DNA of 64,000 bases from the NCBI RefSeq assembly GCF_035594765.1, contig NC_085844.1:60341923-60405922 (forward strand), read 5' to 3'. This stretch comes from Anolis carolinensis. Taxonomy: Eukaryota. Below the pieces are notes generated by a model, which saw only the letters and a list, made by a program, of their open reading frames with translations, was not told the DNA's origin and made no database searches. Below are positions 35,487 to 50,038 of the stretch, piece after piece (position 1 is the stretch's first letter; each line of letters begins with the position of its first letter). Made by a program: the position numbers and the translations under genes.

Positions 35487-37246
35487 GGGCGTTTCCAGAC
35501 ATGGTTTAAACCCACGCCAAAGCAGCTTGGGTTTAAATTCACACGCCCCCTCCAAAAAAGACCCGGGCTTTCCTGGTGGGGAGTCCCTATGGAGCCACCA
35601 CAACCCCCCAAAAAACTTCCCTAAAACTTGTAAAAAATTACTGGGCCTCCATTATGGCTGTCCTGGAGTCCTCCTGGCATGTAGAAATGACACTCAAAGA
35701 GATGGGGGGTGAGTTAAGGAGCAATTTTCCTCCTTGTCCCCCCGGTTTCCTGCTGTGTAATTTCTACCCCATAGAGGCAGCCTAGTAAGTTTGTAGGACA
35801 GTTTTGAGAGGTTGGTAGGGGTGTGGTGGTGCCATCTCACTTCTCCAGGCTTTTGGAAGCCCAAAGAAATGAGTTGGCTGCTGAGACTCACTCCCATGTA
35901 GTCCTAGGACTACCCCAGGTGTTGTCACTGCGCCTTCGGGGATTATGGTTGATGGGGATGGAATTCGAAGAGGAAGAAAAAACCCTCGTGATGAGGGTTC
36001 ACTGGAGGAGTTGTGCAGGAAGCGACTTAGAGAGCTATATGGGGATCTTCTGAGGAAGATTCAGATGGGGAGATGGATGCTGAGGAACAGGTGGTGGCTG
36101 GGGAAGCGGGCACTGAATGGGCACAGCCACCGGAGATGTCTGGGGATTTGGGGTCTATGGATACTTCTGAACCTGGGGTTTCTGCAGGAGCTGATCCCAA
36201 TTGGGATGCTTGGAGAAGGGAGGATGGTTCTTTAAGTGTTCATGGGGCTAAGTGTGGGCAGGATGATTGGGACTCCAACGAATTGCTAGGTACTCCAGAT
36301 CCACGAGCTCTAGCTGTGTGGAGCTCAGACTCTGAGTAGATTTGGGACACCTGGTGTTTGGGTGTGAGTGTTTGGTCACCCAGGAGGAAGGGGAATAAAA
36401 TGGGAATGTTTGGCCACTGCACTTTGCGTGTGGCAAGGTGTTGCTGAGGCGCCATTGGGATCTCTGTGTTTCCATGAAGACTGGACTTGGACTATGATTT
36501 GAATCTGCTGTTATCACCTAGCTTGGCTCTCGCTGTGTCTTATCGTGGACCTGTTTTGGATGACTGCACCCTCTTCAGACCTTGGATCGGAATTTGACCT
36601 TGCTACTGCCTTCGCCCTGTGATTGATGACTACTATCGGCTTTTGACTCCTGGCTTGCTCTTTGGACACCGCTGTTATCTCCTGACCTGACCTTGGAATC
36701 CCGGACGACGTCTTTTCACCATCCTTTTGGAGCCTTCGGCTTTATCCACATTGTGGAAGCAGTCTACTACATTCTTAGTTTGTTTGTTTGTTTCCTGACC
36801 AATTTGGTGTTTTCTTTTGGGAACTGTTCCTTTGAAAACTACAGAGCCGGCTGGCAGGGCAGGGCTTGGACTCAGAAAGTGCAGTTTGCACTAAGTTTGT
36901 TTAGCTTTGTTTTTACCTGCTTGTGTTGCTGAATTATATTTTTGTTTGAACTGCTCTTGAAGCACTGATAGTGAAGTGTTTCAAGGTTTTTTCTGTGTTA
37001 ACATTACTTTTTGGCTTATCTGCTGAATAAACTCTATTTTTGTTCGCTAATTGGCGTCTGACTCTTGACACCAGGGGAGTCCCCACAAGTCTAATACCTC
37101 ATTAGACCCCTGCCTTTCAGGCCATATCTAATGGGGTATCTAATTAATTCGGGACAAAGTAGGATGAATTAATTTCCAAATTAATTTGGAGGCTTCAGGA
37201 AAAAGCCTGACAGGCCCTGCGTTTTGGGGCCTGTCTGGAAGGACCC
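35487..37246. mobile_element. PIF/Harbinger-like non-autonomous element (~600 bp) interrupted by a solo LTR
   Basis: TIR gggcgtttccagaca / tgtctggaaggaccc; flanked by TAA and TAG. Confidence 0.7.
35920..37070 (+). mobile_element. Solo LTR (Gypsy-like), 1151 bp
   Basis: TG...CA; 5-bp TSD ccagg at 35915-19 and 37071-75; AATAAA at 37026-31. Confidence 0.85.
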
Positions 37247-38224
37247 TAGGATGATTCCATTCGGATTACCTAACAGACACCAGGTTTTTAAAATAAGATA
37301 CAGTAAAGCAAACATTCTCATGCAATCTCTAATTGTAAAAACAAAAACAAAATATAAACTAGATCTCACTGTATGTATGGTTTACATAAGAAGCAATGGT
37401 ATAGATTTCTAAATAAGCCTGAATAACAAAAAAAATCTGTTTTTCATCATGCTGTGGTCTTTGTATTACATTTCAGTTTTTGTTGTTTTACTTCTAAATG
37501 CCTGGAATAAGGCAGACTTACATGTGGAAGTTTTCCTGTTTCCCCCTTTTTCCTTTGGTTCAGTTTCAGCAAATAATTTGTTGAAAGGAAATCCTCTTTT
37601 GAAAGCTCTATGTCAAAAGTGAATAACACATTATACTCTCAAACATATTGAAACATACTTTTAACTGGTATCAACTGATCAGTGAAGATAGTCCACAGAG
37701 AGGATAGGGGCTCTCATCCAAGAGTGCTCATCCACACCGTTTCCTTCAAGTTTACTTTGTTTCCTGCTTCATTATTTTCAAATTACATATCTTTGGCTTC
37801 AGTACAGTAAAGGCATTGCTATGAAGCACGACCCATGAAACAAAAACCTGGCTAGTTAGTCAATAAAACTGGGAAAGAGAATAGAAGTAACAGAGGGCCC
37901 TTCCATACAGCCCTATATTCCAGAATATCAAACCAGAAAATCCCACAATATCTGCTTTGAACTGGGTTATCTGAGTCCACACTGTCATATATCGCAGTTC
38001 AAAGTAGAACATGTGGGATTTTATTTAGTTGTGTGGAAGGGGCCTGGGAAACAAATCATTCATGGCAAATAGTATAAAGTCAATCAGGAATGTCACTAAA
38101 ATTATGAAGACAAAATTACAGACATTGATCATTTGTAACTGGATCTCATTATACTTTGTAATAAAAATAAAAACTAAAATGCAGTCAAATTGACCATTCT
38201 TGAAGGATAACACAGCCTAGCATT

Positions 38225-38505
38225 TTTTTCTTGGTGTCTTGGTTTTTAGGCCTGTTCTTGAGGTTATTTGGGGTGCTGATTCAAAAAATTGCATTGGATA
38301 GACTGCACCAGTTCTAGTTTCTTAGATATGGTTATAATGATTTTCTATAGGCAAGCAGATGAAAACAGATATATGTCATATGTTCTGTATGTCAAAAAGC
38401 TAGAGCTGATCGGGAAAACTGGTGCCATTTTTAGAATCAGCAGGTTAAATATACCCAGAAACAGGCCCAACATTTGAGCCACCAAAATGTGTGTTGGCCA
38501 GTGTA
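38225..38505. mobile_element. DNA transposon fragment (Tc1/mariner-like end ggccagtg|TA)
   Basis: Inverted internal arms; related sequence lies inside the hAT at ~11970-12105. Confidence 0.5.
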
Positions 38506-40071
38506 ATATTCAAATTTATCATCTCCAAATTTAGAGTCACATTCTTCACTTTTATTTCTACTGAATCCTATTTTACTTTGAAATCATCCTTCTTTCAATC
38601 AGTGGGATCAGGTGGAAAAGAATCTGGTTCTTTAGTTACCTATATCTTATATATTCATCTATACTAGAGATGATTAATGTATGTGAATAGAATTCATGTA
38701 CTGTGTGTAAGCATGGGGTCTCTATGGACATTTCAAAAGTTTAACTTCCAGAAAGATCTTGGTATGTTTCAATTGTTCTTGTGACCGATTCTGGCTTCCT
38801 TGAAACTGTTTGAAAATGGATTAAACCAAAGAGATGTATCAGATCATTTTAAAGACAAGACTTCAATGCCAAACCCCACCCCAAAAACTGCATCATGAAT
38901 TAATTATGTAAATAAATTTTGTATGAGACGGTTATAATACAGTCCTTTATGAAGCAGGTTACTCGTTCTTCCACTTAATTGCAATGCTCTAAGGCATTTA
39001 TCTTTATTTTCAAATCTGGATTCTTTATTGTACTTCACTTTGCAGATTCTATCATCACTCAGTGCCTATCACAAAATGCAATGTACAGTACATATCTTGC
39101 TATAATTTGGAAAACTTAAACTGCTTACTTTTTTTTTTTTTTTGAAAAAATGGTTCAGTATAGTATACTTGTGTTTATAAATCTTATAGTTAGAATAAAA
39201 CTTAAAATGATCAGCTGGAGAAACTTTCCATATCTGAACCACAGTTATTCATAACATACTCAACAATGGGTCCACTAAAACTAAATGCATAAGTAGTTTA
39301 TTGACACAGGAACAATGTAAGCCATAGTTTCCCGTAGTCTATAGAGAAATATTCAGTTGTTTGCAAATAAGTGAATCCAGATGTTTGTCTGGCTCACCAG
39401 AATCCTGGATATTTCCATCGCTGCAGACAATTTTAGTTTCAAATAAAAGGACCACAGCAAATGGCAATTTATAGATTATAATGTCAAGGCCACAGACATA
39501 CAAAATGCAAATATGAAACAGATATAAAAATGATTCCATAAGTATTTACAACTCAGGTATACAGTGGGTTTTAATGGATAATTAAAGGATCAACATAAAG
39601 AAAATGGGCATTATACTTATTTCATCTAAAGCTCTCTGTTATAAAACCCTTGATTGCTTTGGCTAGTAAACAAAGTAGATAAAACAAATTCCTATTAGCT
39701 AAATGACATTTTGTAAAACCACAAACCATATTCCCGAACCATTAACTGCTTGGTCTTTTCATAGACTAGTTCTTAAGTGTAATCTGTCACCTCCTTATTT
39801 TTGCAGTGTATTTCTATGTATAATTAATATTGGGTATGATCAAAACTGCAATCTTGAGTGTTTCTCAGGAAGAACCTGGTTTAAATGGTAACTTTTAAAC
39901 ATGTCTTTTGGAGCCTTTAACCCATTCCTCCTGTATTTTAGCTAAACAACATTTAGCCACAAACACACATACACACTTAACCCGGTTTAACATGGGTTAT
40001 AATGCATGTGTGCAAGGGCCCTTAGTGAGGACATCACAGCATTGTCTTTAGCTGCTCCCAGGTCTTGAAAC

Positions 40072-40963
40072 TAGTGATGTGCATTCGGAACTTACCTTGA
40101 TCCACTTTGTGTCCTGGCTTTTGTCGGAGGCCCTGATCCGTTTTAGTCTGAACCTCCTAAAATTGGGAGGTCAGACATTTCGTTTTTGTTTTCTGGGCTA
40201 AAAGATCAGTTTTCTTTCAGCCCATTATTGGGACTTCACACATAGGCCCAAAGCTCCCAGACCTACGGGTGCAGGCTTTGGGCCTACTCACCTGAGCTTC
40301 TGATGCAGGCTTTGGGCTTTGGGCCTACGGATGCAGGCTTTGGGCCTACGCATCCGGGCCTCATAGGGCCTGCAGCCGATTGCTGAGTAAGGATCGCTCC
40401 TTATTCGGCAATTGGCTGCAGGCCCTGTGAGGCCTGGGTGCATAGGCCCTTTGGGCCTACAGGTGCAGGCTTTGAATCTACACACACAGGACTCGCAAGG
40501 TCTGCTGCAGACTCTGCAGCCGAGTGCCTAGTAAGGAGCGCTCCTTATTCGGCGCTCGGCTGCAAAGTTTGCAGCAGAACCTGCAAGGCCTACAGCTACA
40601 GTCTTTGGGCCTACGTGCCCAGGACTCACAGGGTCTGCTGCGGACTCTGCAGTTGAGCACCAAGTAAAGAGCACTCCTTACTCGGTGCTGGGCTGCAGAG
40701 TCTGCAGCAGACTCTGCAAGGCCCAGGCACTTAGGCCCAAAGCCTGCCCCTGTAGGCCCAAAGCGCTGGGTTGTTTGCAGCCCCACGCTTTGGGCCTATG
40801 TTGATCCGATAAGCAGGCTTGGAGCCCATACCGATTCCTGCCTGCTTTTCGTATCGAGTTGATTTTTGTTCCGGGGGGACTTTCCATTTTGTGCCATCCA
40901 AATGGATGGTACGAAATGGAAACATGAATTAAACAAATGGAACAAATACTGCACACAGGACTA
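40072..40963. mobile_element. Non-autonomous hAT element with internal palindrome array
   Basis: Ends tagtgatgtgca / tgcacacaggacta; 8-bp TSD cttgaaac/cttgtaac. Confidence 0.75.
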
Positions 40964-43422
40964 CTTGTAACTCACTTTTGCAGACGGTTCAATTGGACTT
41001 CTTCCTGCTGTCCTTCCTCTGACCAATAAAGACCTTTTTCTTTAAGGAGCCTTTTAGATCTTAATATCATTTGCCAGACTGAGCTTTTAAAGGGGAATGT
41101 TGTTTCTGTTTTACTGTATTTTACACATGTGTTTTAAAATATTTTTAACTTAAATTCTCAACTAGTGTTTTTAAAAAGAAAAATGGATTCCGGTGTGTTT
41201 TAGCTCTGGTACTGGAATCTTAATTGCATTCTATTTTTAAAAGGTTGTATGTCACCTTGGAGCTCATTAAATTAAATAAATAAATACAGCACATTTGCAC
41301 TCTTACAAATCCATACAATTTTCATTTAACTTTTATTATACGTTACATGTATTTTGCAAAGCAAAGAAGATATCGTCACATCTTTCCTTCTTGGCTCTAT
41401 GAAAAAGGAAACCGATATTTGTCTAGTGCTTTCTAAAATCCAAGTACTATTAAGTAATACAATCAAACATATGCTGGTGAGAGAATCCAGACTTGTTGGC
41501 TTCTGTTCTTCCCATAGCTGCAGTATAGAGCACAGATTTCAGTTTCCAGTGGACTAAGTTAATCTTTTTTATTTGTCTGAAATTCTTTTATAGTTAAAAA
41601 GAAGAAGAAGAAAATAGTGGGGGAGGGATTAGATTCTGACTGTTTGAACCACTAAACTAGAACCTGGTTGAGTCTAAATTCATTTGTATATTGACTAATT
41701 AACAGTTTGTGTTAGGTAATTAACAATAAATAGGAAAATTATATAAAAAAAACTGTCAGATGTTCCCAAAATGAGAAGGAATACAATGCAACTACAATAT
41801 AATACTTACTGATTACAAATACATCCAAAAAACCCCATAATAACAGAAATAACAAGAATTCCAGTCACACCATGAAATCAAGAAGAGAAGGTGGTATTAC
41901 AGTACCACTCCCATACCCATATGACTGGTACCCATACTTTTACTAGCCACATCTGACAAAATATGACCTCTCTAGTAATATTCTAAGTTCTCCAGGTGAT
42001 TCTATGGCAGACATGGGAAAGCTTCAGCCCTCCAAGTATCTTGTAGGCTGTTAGGAATTGTTGGAGTTGGAGTCTAAAACATCTGGAGGGCTGAAGTTTG
42101 TCATGCCTTTTCTATGGAATGCTTCTTGCCAGATGTTGCCATAGAATCACCCTGAAGGACCCAGCAAATTTCAAGCAAGAATACCTCTCTAGGAATTTTC
42201 TAGATTCTCCAGTGTGTCTCTATAGTTCTTTCTGTCAGGTTTGCTATTATCAGTGGTTTCCTGTATATTCTGGCATGTATCTTTCTCAGCCCCCTTCTAC
42301 ACTGAATTGATCCCAGATTATCTTCTTATCCCAGATTATATGGCAGTGGAGACTCATATAATTTAATTCAAAGCAGATAATCCGGGATCTGATCTTGGGA
42401 TATAAGGACAGTGTAGAAGGGGCCTTCAGGCCCTTCCACACAGCCATATAACCCACAATTTCAAGGTAGAAAAACTCACAATATTTGCTTTGAAGTGGGA
42501 TATCTGAGTCCACACTGCCATATATTCCATTTCAAAATAGAAAATGATGGATTTTATTCAGATGTGTGGAAGGGGCCTGGGTTATCTGAGTCCACACTGC
42601 CATATATCCCAGTTTAACAAAGATAATGTGGGATTTTATTCAGCTGTGTGAAAGGGGCCTGGGATACTGGGGGTGTACTGAACAATGATTTGGGAAATAC
42701 AAGATCTTCACCTACTGATAAAAAGACCATAACATTAAGTGCCAGGCTAGCATCTTTCTCTGATAGACACTCACTGTTATTTCTGCTGGTGGAAACATCT
42801 TGAAAAAAATATATTTGGCCAAAGTTTGGGGAGTAAGTAGATAAATATGGCAGTAGATATTTCTTTAAATGACCTTTTTGTTAGCCATTAATATATTTAA
42901 ATAGAAAAAAAATCAAAGTACTTGAATTGGTCTTGGAAATGAGCTAGCAGTTACTGTAAATGAACAATATTTGTTGTGGTACAATCTTGATGAAAACTCA
43001 TAGCTTGTAATTTTCTTGTTTCCCTATTTGGACCAGCAGATGTAAGCAACCTGATATCCTTCAGATGTTTTGGACTATAAATACTACAATCTTCAGACAT
43101 TGGGATCATGGTAATTTTAGTTCATGGAAGGAAGATTTTTTTTTATACTTCAGCTAAAGTTTTTGGATGTTTTCAGAAGCATATATAGAGAGGGGTGGGG
43201 GGTGTTACTAGAGAATGAGCATTCCACAACGGTCCCTCCATGTTTTCAAGTTTAATGTCTACAGATTTGATTATTTGTGGATTTGATTAATTTGTTCTCT
43301 CTGAAACTTTATGTTTTCCAGGGTGATTTTAGGGTTAGCTTCTGGCCAGATTTGACCATAGAGTTGCCCAGAAGGCTCAGGAATTCTCTGAGAAAATTGC
43401 TCTCTAGTTTTAAAAAAATACA

Positions 43423-43717
43423 GTACTGTTCCATTATCTGAGTGGAGGAAAAGGGTGCACAAGACAGAGAAGGATAGTCCATGGGGGAGGAGGAAGTTGA
43501 AGGAGTAAAACCATTTCTGCTTGTTTTTCTGTTATTCCTCCCACCCATGGCACTGTAGTGGAAACAACCTTCGCTTATGAAATGAGAAGTGGGGAGGAGG
43601 AATAACAAGTGAAAATGGGGAAAATTATTTTCCTCCTATTCCTTACCCCCATCAAATTGACTATCTTTCCTTGTCTAGTGCCACCTTTTGGCCTCCATCC
43701 GGATAATGGAACAGTAC
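43423..43717. mobile_element. MITE with ~26-bp TIR, superfamily unassigned
   Basis: gtactgttccattatctgagtggagg / cctccatccggataatggaacagtac. Confidence 0.65.
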
Positions 43718-44986
43718 CAAAAATTATCCTGGACCTGTGCTCCTAGCTCTATGAAAGTGAGGGCTTCACAGAAGTATACTTGCTCACGTAACAGAAATTC
43801 ATAAAATCTGTTTCTGCCTCCAGTGTTGATGACAAAAATACAACCAATTTCAAACTGCAGACTTTGACAACTTGTGTATGAGAAATGCTTCCATTCAAGA
43901 TCTGCACACCTGGGGTGGTGTAATCCAAGAAAAAACAGATGGAGATGATAAAAATAGATAGAATTTTTGGGTGATTGCTTCCAGGCTTAGCATTTCAACC
44001 TTTGAAAGGGAAAAATTATTGCCTCCTTAATATCCTTCCACTTCCAAGTGAACATTTTCTATTCTAACAGACTTTTCACAAGAGCTTTCAATAATGGGCC
44101 ATTTTGGCAGATTTTAATCTTTTGTCTTTTTACATGTGTGATTCAAATGGTTGTAATTCCATGGAATATAACAGTTATATTCTGTGATGATGATGATGAT
44201 GATATATATAAAATGTATATTCATTTAGCTAATTGTATTTTTTAGTTAGCACAGTATTAAGCAATCAAATTTGTATGAACCCACTAAGAAGCATTTGCTA
44301 CTTGAAAAAACATTATGTTAATGCATTAATTGTTGTAATTACAATTCCTTTATTATTAATTTACTATAAATGCATGACGTAGTTATTTTAGTTCATTATA
44401 GACTACTGGGTAATTTTGGATGACATTAGGAAGCTGTTAATTTTGAATGAATTTACTATAGCAAAGTGCCATAGAGGGCAGTGGAACTAGCATATTAAGG
44501 CTTTCCAATTCTTGTTTCCTGTGACAATGCTTGCAGAATCAGGAATTGGAACACACCAGCTTTTTACGGATTCTTACCTAAAGCAGAAATTCTCTAACTT
44601 TGCTGCTCCGGGTGTTTTGAACTTCAGCTCCCAGACCATTGGCCAAATTATAAAGGAAGTGACCTCGTTGTTAGGGCTGAAACTTTAAATTGATTAATTC
44701 ATGAAACTAGTCCTTCAGTTGAACTTATTCCTCCGCAAATAGATATAGACTTGAATACTACATGGGACAACATATTAAATGTGTTGAAAGCAGTGAAACT
44801 ATTCAATATTCACAAGTGTCCTGTTGTAGGTTTCAGTGTTTTAAGCCTTCAGGACGATATCTTTTTCTTATTATGAATGTCTACACCTTGATTATGATTC
44901 TGTAGCAATTCGTAGGTTTTAACTATCATGTACTTAATTAGTAAACCATTTTGAGTTCAATTTTTGGGAGAAGGCAGGGTATAAAT

Positions 44987-45477
44987 GGTTCTGGCTTAAT
45001 TGTCCGAACGTATCTCCCTCTATGAACCACTTCAGGGGTTAAGATCTTCTGGGGCAGCCCTGCACTCAGTCCTGTCTCCTTTGCAGGTGTAGTTGGAAGG
45101 GACAAGAGACAGGGCCTTCTCAGTGGTGGCCCCTCAGCTGTGGAACTCCTTTCCCAGTGAAATTAGGTCAGCTCCCTCCCTCCTGACTTTCAGAAAAAAA
45201 TTGAAAACTTGGCTATGGGACCAAGCCTTTGGAGAACAATCAGTGCAATAGGCAGCAATGAAGCAAGCATATATAATTGGAATGGCTCCTGGATTATGAC
45301 TTTGAATGTATGTAGTTTTAACAGCTGATCTTAATGTGTTCATTTTTTAAACTTTAATGATTTTAGTCTATCAGTTTGTTTTTTGTACAGCATTGAATAT
45401 TGCCAACTTGGAAGCTATTCTGAGTCCCCTTTGGGGTTAGAAGAGCGAGATAAAAATATAGTAAATAAATAAATAAA
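44987..45477 (+). mobile_element. L2 LINE 3' fragment
   Basis: RDRAFSVVAPQLWNSFPSEIRSAPSLLTFRKKLKTWLWDQAF plus (TAAA)n tail. Confidence 0.9.
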
Positions 45478-47125
45478 CAGAAATAACAGACCATTTCCAA
45501 ACCATTCTGGAAAGAAAGGAGACAACCAGTAATAGGTACAGTTGTCTTTCCTGGGGAATTCAGTCCTGGGAGTTTTCTTTCTTCTAAACTGAATAAAAAG
45601 CATGTTTCATTTCACTGGTCTGATTTACAAATGTAATTTAGAAAGAATTTTCATTAAATTGAGCCACAGTTCATGACTCTTTAGGAAACTTTGATAATCA
45701 GCACAGCAAAGTGTTTTGAAAATCTTGTCTACAGTTACTGTGATTAATTTAAACCTGTCACTGCAATTAGACAAGTGTGTTGCCAGCAACCCCATCTGTA
45801 ATACAATAGCTTATCACATTTGATAGCATCCCCCTCCCCACTTTGATCCACCTCTTTTGAGCACTTTCCATGCTCAGCAACTTTTTCTTGCAAAAGCTGA
45901 GGAAGCACTAGGTTATCATTTTCCAGCTTTTCTTTGTGCGGATAAAATGCTTGCTTCATTGAAAACTGTTGTGCAAGCTAGTATACAGTACAATTGTTAT
46001 TTTTAACTGAATATTTCAAGTGGCTGGAGGGAAATGTATTTTCAGATAATTCCATGAAACTATTGAGGAGGTCCAGTGTTGGCATTTCCCAGTAATTACA
46101 GGTTGATTTACATGTCTGTTGCAAAACCTATGGTGAAATCATCCAGATTAGACCTGAAATTTGGTTTTTGTTTACAAGCTGAACTAAATATTCTGCATAT
46201 GCATGTGTTTAAAAAACTACCTTATCAGAATGTCATTTTAGAAGACAATACAAGTGACAGGGAAGGTTGCTCAACCTTTTCCCATTCAAAACCATTACTT
46301 AACTGTTTCCTCCTCCGGTTCTTGAGGTTAAATTGAAGGCCATGTAGTGTGGAGACAAAAGATGCTTGATTTTGGTTTCTGGACAGCTTCAAGTCTTCTT
46401 GCTGGGTTTCCATACTAGTCACACAGCACACCATAAACCTGTCAGGGTAACATGAGCAGTTCGGGTGACATGTTGTATGGGGCCCTTGGGAAACATGGTG
46501 CATCAAGTTGAAGTGTACCAATTGACCTTTAGATTTTGGTTTCCTCCCTTATAGATAAGCTTCTTATTATCTTATTTGTAGATTCTGATTCAAAGTTACT
46601 ATTGGAATAGGGGTATTTATTGGTTTTATAAATGCTTTTTCCTAATAATAAGATATAGCCTCTTTTATCAGCAAGCTGTCATGGTGAACTTTGGACACAT
46701 TTGATAAAAGAGAATGCAAATGTTGGGATAGTTGCAAATTCTGCTTTTGACAGAACACCATTTTGAAGTTTACTTAGAACCCTTCAGAATCCTCCAAAGC
46801 CTGCAGTTCACTATTATGACCTATTGTTCTGATCATCTTTTGTCATTTGGTGTCAGGTCATATATTACAACAGTGTTAGAGCTGTTTATATATACATAGT
46901 AAAGATTATTTCAGTTCCAGAGTTTTTTCATCTCTGTCTTTAGCTTTAGATAAAGTGGGCTTTAAATTTTTTGCAGCTAGTGCTGCAATAAAAAGTGAGC
47001 TGCTTTCAGGACAAAGATAATCATATGAAAAAGTCTTAGGAATTATACTTCTGAATACAAGATATACCAATGGGTTTATTGCATGGCTGTAATGGAAAAA
47101 GAACCTGGCCTCTCCCCAACTTTAA

Positions 47126-47286
47126 NNNNNNNNNNNNNNNNNNNNNNNNNNNNNNNNNNNNNNNNNNNNNNNNNNNNNNNNNNNNNNNNNNNNNNNNNNN
47201 NNNNNNNNNNNNNNNNNNNNNNNNNNNNNNNNNNNNNNNNNNNNNNNNNNNNNNNNNNNNNNNNNNNNNNNNNNNNNNNNNNNNNN
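47126..47286. other. Assembly gap (161 N)
   Basis: Direct. Confidence 1.
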
Positions 47287-48176
47287 GAAATTTTTCAGAT
47301 TAAAAAAAAACCTGGTTTACTCATGAATTTTAACTGATTAACCAAATCCCCATGAGTGTCTGCTGAAGTTTATCTGTCTTGGGTGTTCACTGAAGTTTAT
47401 CAATGGAGCCTGATTTCTAAATTATTTTGCGTTATGTAACTATTCTTCATGATTCACTAAAAAAAAGTTTCAACCCCCCCCAAAGAAAGATTTTTCTGGC
47501 TATGACCCTGATAGTTCCACTGTTGTTTCAAGTAGCCCAGAAGAACCATAACAGAGTATATAAAACTTTGAGTCCATATTGTTGATATTGTAATCTGATA
47601 ATAGAAATAAAATATTTTTTTAGCTTTACTACTGCACATGTTTAAACCTGAATACATCTGGAATTTATGTGTTATACTGAATATAGTCAGAGGTAAATAC
47701 TATCCATTGCTGGGAATAAGAATTGCCAAGAAAAAAAAGTTAATTGAAACAGATATAAAATAGAAATAAGAAAAGAAGCACAGGGGGATTGAGTGAATGT
47801 AAACAAAACTAGCACATTTTAAGATCCGGGAATAAACAATAATGCCAAGTATTATTTATTCTGAAATTGTACTGTTGTGAGCATAACCAGCCATCAAACA
47901 TTGAGAAGTATTGAAATAAAGAATCAGTTAAGGAAGAAAGGAATATCAGAGGAAGTAACCAACTGCAGAGACAGCTGTTAAGATGGTAGGTAAGCCACTG
48001 TAAGCAAAACTGGAGTAGCAGGATGAAAGGAGAAACACATGTATGGTATGCTTAGAATCTACCATATGTATTATAGATCAGAAAAAAATAATTGCATAGA
48101 ATAAGTATAATAAACATTTCATGTTGAAGATTGTAGTCTTTAGGTGGAATGAAAATAGTTGTTGAAATAAAAAAGC

Positions 48177-48304
48177 ATGTGTTGTCGAAGGCTTTCATGG
48201 CCAGAATCACAGGGTTGTTGTGTGTTTTCCAGGCTGTATAGCCATGTTCCAGAAGTATTCTCTCCTGACGTTTTGCCCACATCTATGGCAGGCATCCTTA
48301 GAGG
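48177..48304 (-). mobile_element. Penelope terminal mini-unit (hammerhead core mutated)
   Basis: tgtgttgtcgaaggctttcatggcc...ggcatccttagagg. Confidence 0.8.
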
Positions 48305-49741
48305 TATATGAAAAAAAAACACTGATTCCTTAGTTTTATGACCAAATAGTGTTAATATATAACCAGCAGAACTTGGAAACTAGGTCTATACTATCAATTC
48401 AGAGTTTAGACATCTCTGGATTCAAGATGGTAGGGAAGTCTGATATTGGGTGCTCAGAAAGGAATTTACTAAGTGCAGGCTCATTATATATTGAGCCTAG
48501 ATGATTTCAAAAATTCCGTAGTAACTTCTCTAGGTATTTCATAGTCACTGCCCATTCATTCTGTTTCACTGGTGATGACAATAGTTTCTACCTTTTTGCT
48601 GAAAGTAGTCTACAAGAAATGTGTAATACGTATATAGCAACAAATAAAGAAATAGTACAACTTAAAACAAACTACCAATAAAAATCCTATAAAATCCAGA
48701 GTTTAAAATTATATTTAAAAAAATATTTTAAAAAAATTACAAGTGTGATGAAAATATGGTCCATGGGCATTTTTGTGCCCCCTGAGATTCTCAGATTTTC
48801 CCCATTATTTTTTTTTTACTTAAACAAATTGGTGAGAGGTTATATTATTCCAATGGTGTCACATTTTGAACTTCTGTGTATTATTTCAGGCATAAGAAAG
48901 AGCCTTCTCTAAGAATAAAGTAAATTGAAATTTGAATTTAACAGTTTCATTGATAAATGAAGGGCACTTTCAACCCTAAAGCAACCTGAAGGAAAAATAT
49001 AGTAATATCAATCTCTCCCCCCAATTAGGAGTGTGTGGGATATTTTAAGTTTAAATTTTTAAGAACTGAAAACATTATAAAAATCTAAGTGGGTACAGGA
49101 AGACAAGAGACCTAGAATAATTAGGTAGGCATGTCATAGGACACTAAAGTTGACAGTATCTCTAATATGGGATGCCTCTTACTTGAAGGTTGGAAAATTT
49201 GTCCCTTCTTGGGTTGACAGATGATTTTATTGCAACTAATGCTCTCTATTTGAGGTTTGTGAAGTTTTTTCTTTTATACGAATTGAACAGAATGTCAAAA
49301 ATTTCTGTATTTGAGATTGGGGGCCCTTCAAAAAGACAAAAGTGAGTACATCACATATAGTGTTTTCAAAAGGGCAATAAGAGACTTCATGGACTTCATG
49401 ATATTCCAGGTTGACAATCAGAAATTACATGATGAAGGATCCATTGATTGTTTTTAATTTCTGATACAATGTTATGCATAGAATTTTTAATTAAAAAACG
49501 ACCTTAATAGTTGAATGCTGGAACTAAACTGTAAGTATCCATTAATCAAACATCCAATAGCTGGATTATTTTTAAAGGCAGTTTTAGTAATAAGTCATTT
49601 AATTTGTCAAGGTATTTTTTTACAGTTGTGCAATATCATTAATTCCAGGTTAAGTCATTTCTTCATTATTGAAAAATTTAGCAACTCTTCTCTAGCAAAA
49701 AAAAAAAAATGACCTAGGGAACTGGTCCTTCAGATCATTGC

Positions 49742-49794
<53 letters not shown>

Positions 49795-50038
49795 TTATTA
49801 TGACACAGCAAACAGGATAGACATGCTGGATTTCATATCACAAAATCACAAGTCGAACACTTCCCAAGTGTCTAGGACTGTGTGATGTATTTTCGGATGA
49901 TGCGTGCAGATCCCAGTAGGGTGGCCTTTTGCAGCTGGCAGATTGTAATTTTGTCAATGTCTATTGTTTCCAAATGCCAGCTGAGATCTTTTGGCACGGC
50001 ACCCAATGTGCCCATCACCACTGGGACCACCTGCACTG

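Noticed and set aside
47070-47337. ORFs spanning the N run
   Set aside because: Artefacts of the assembly gap
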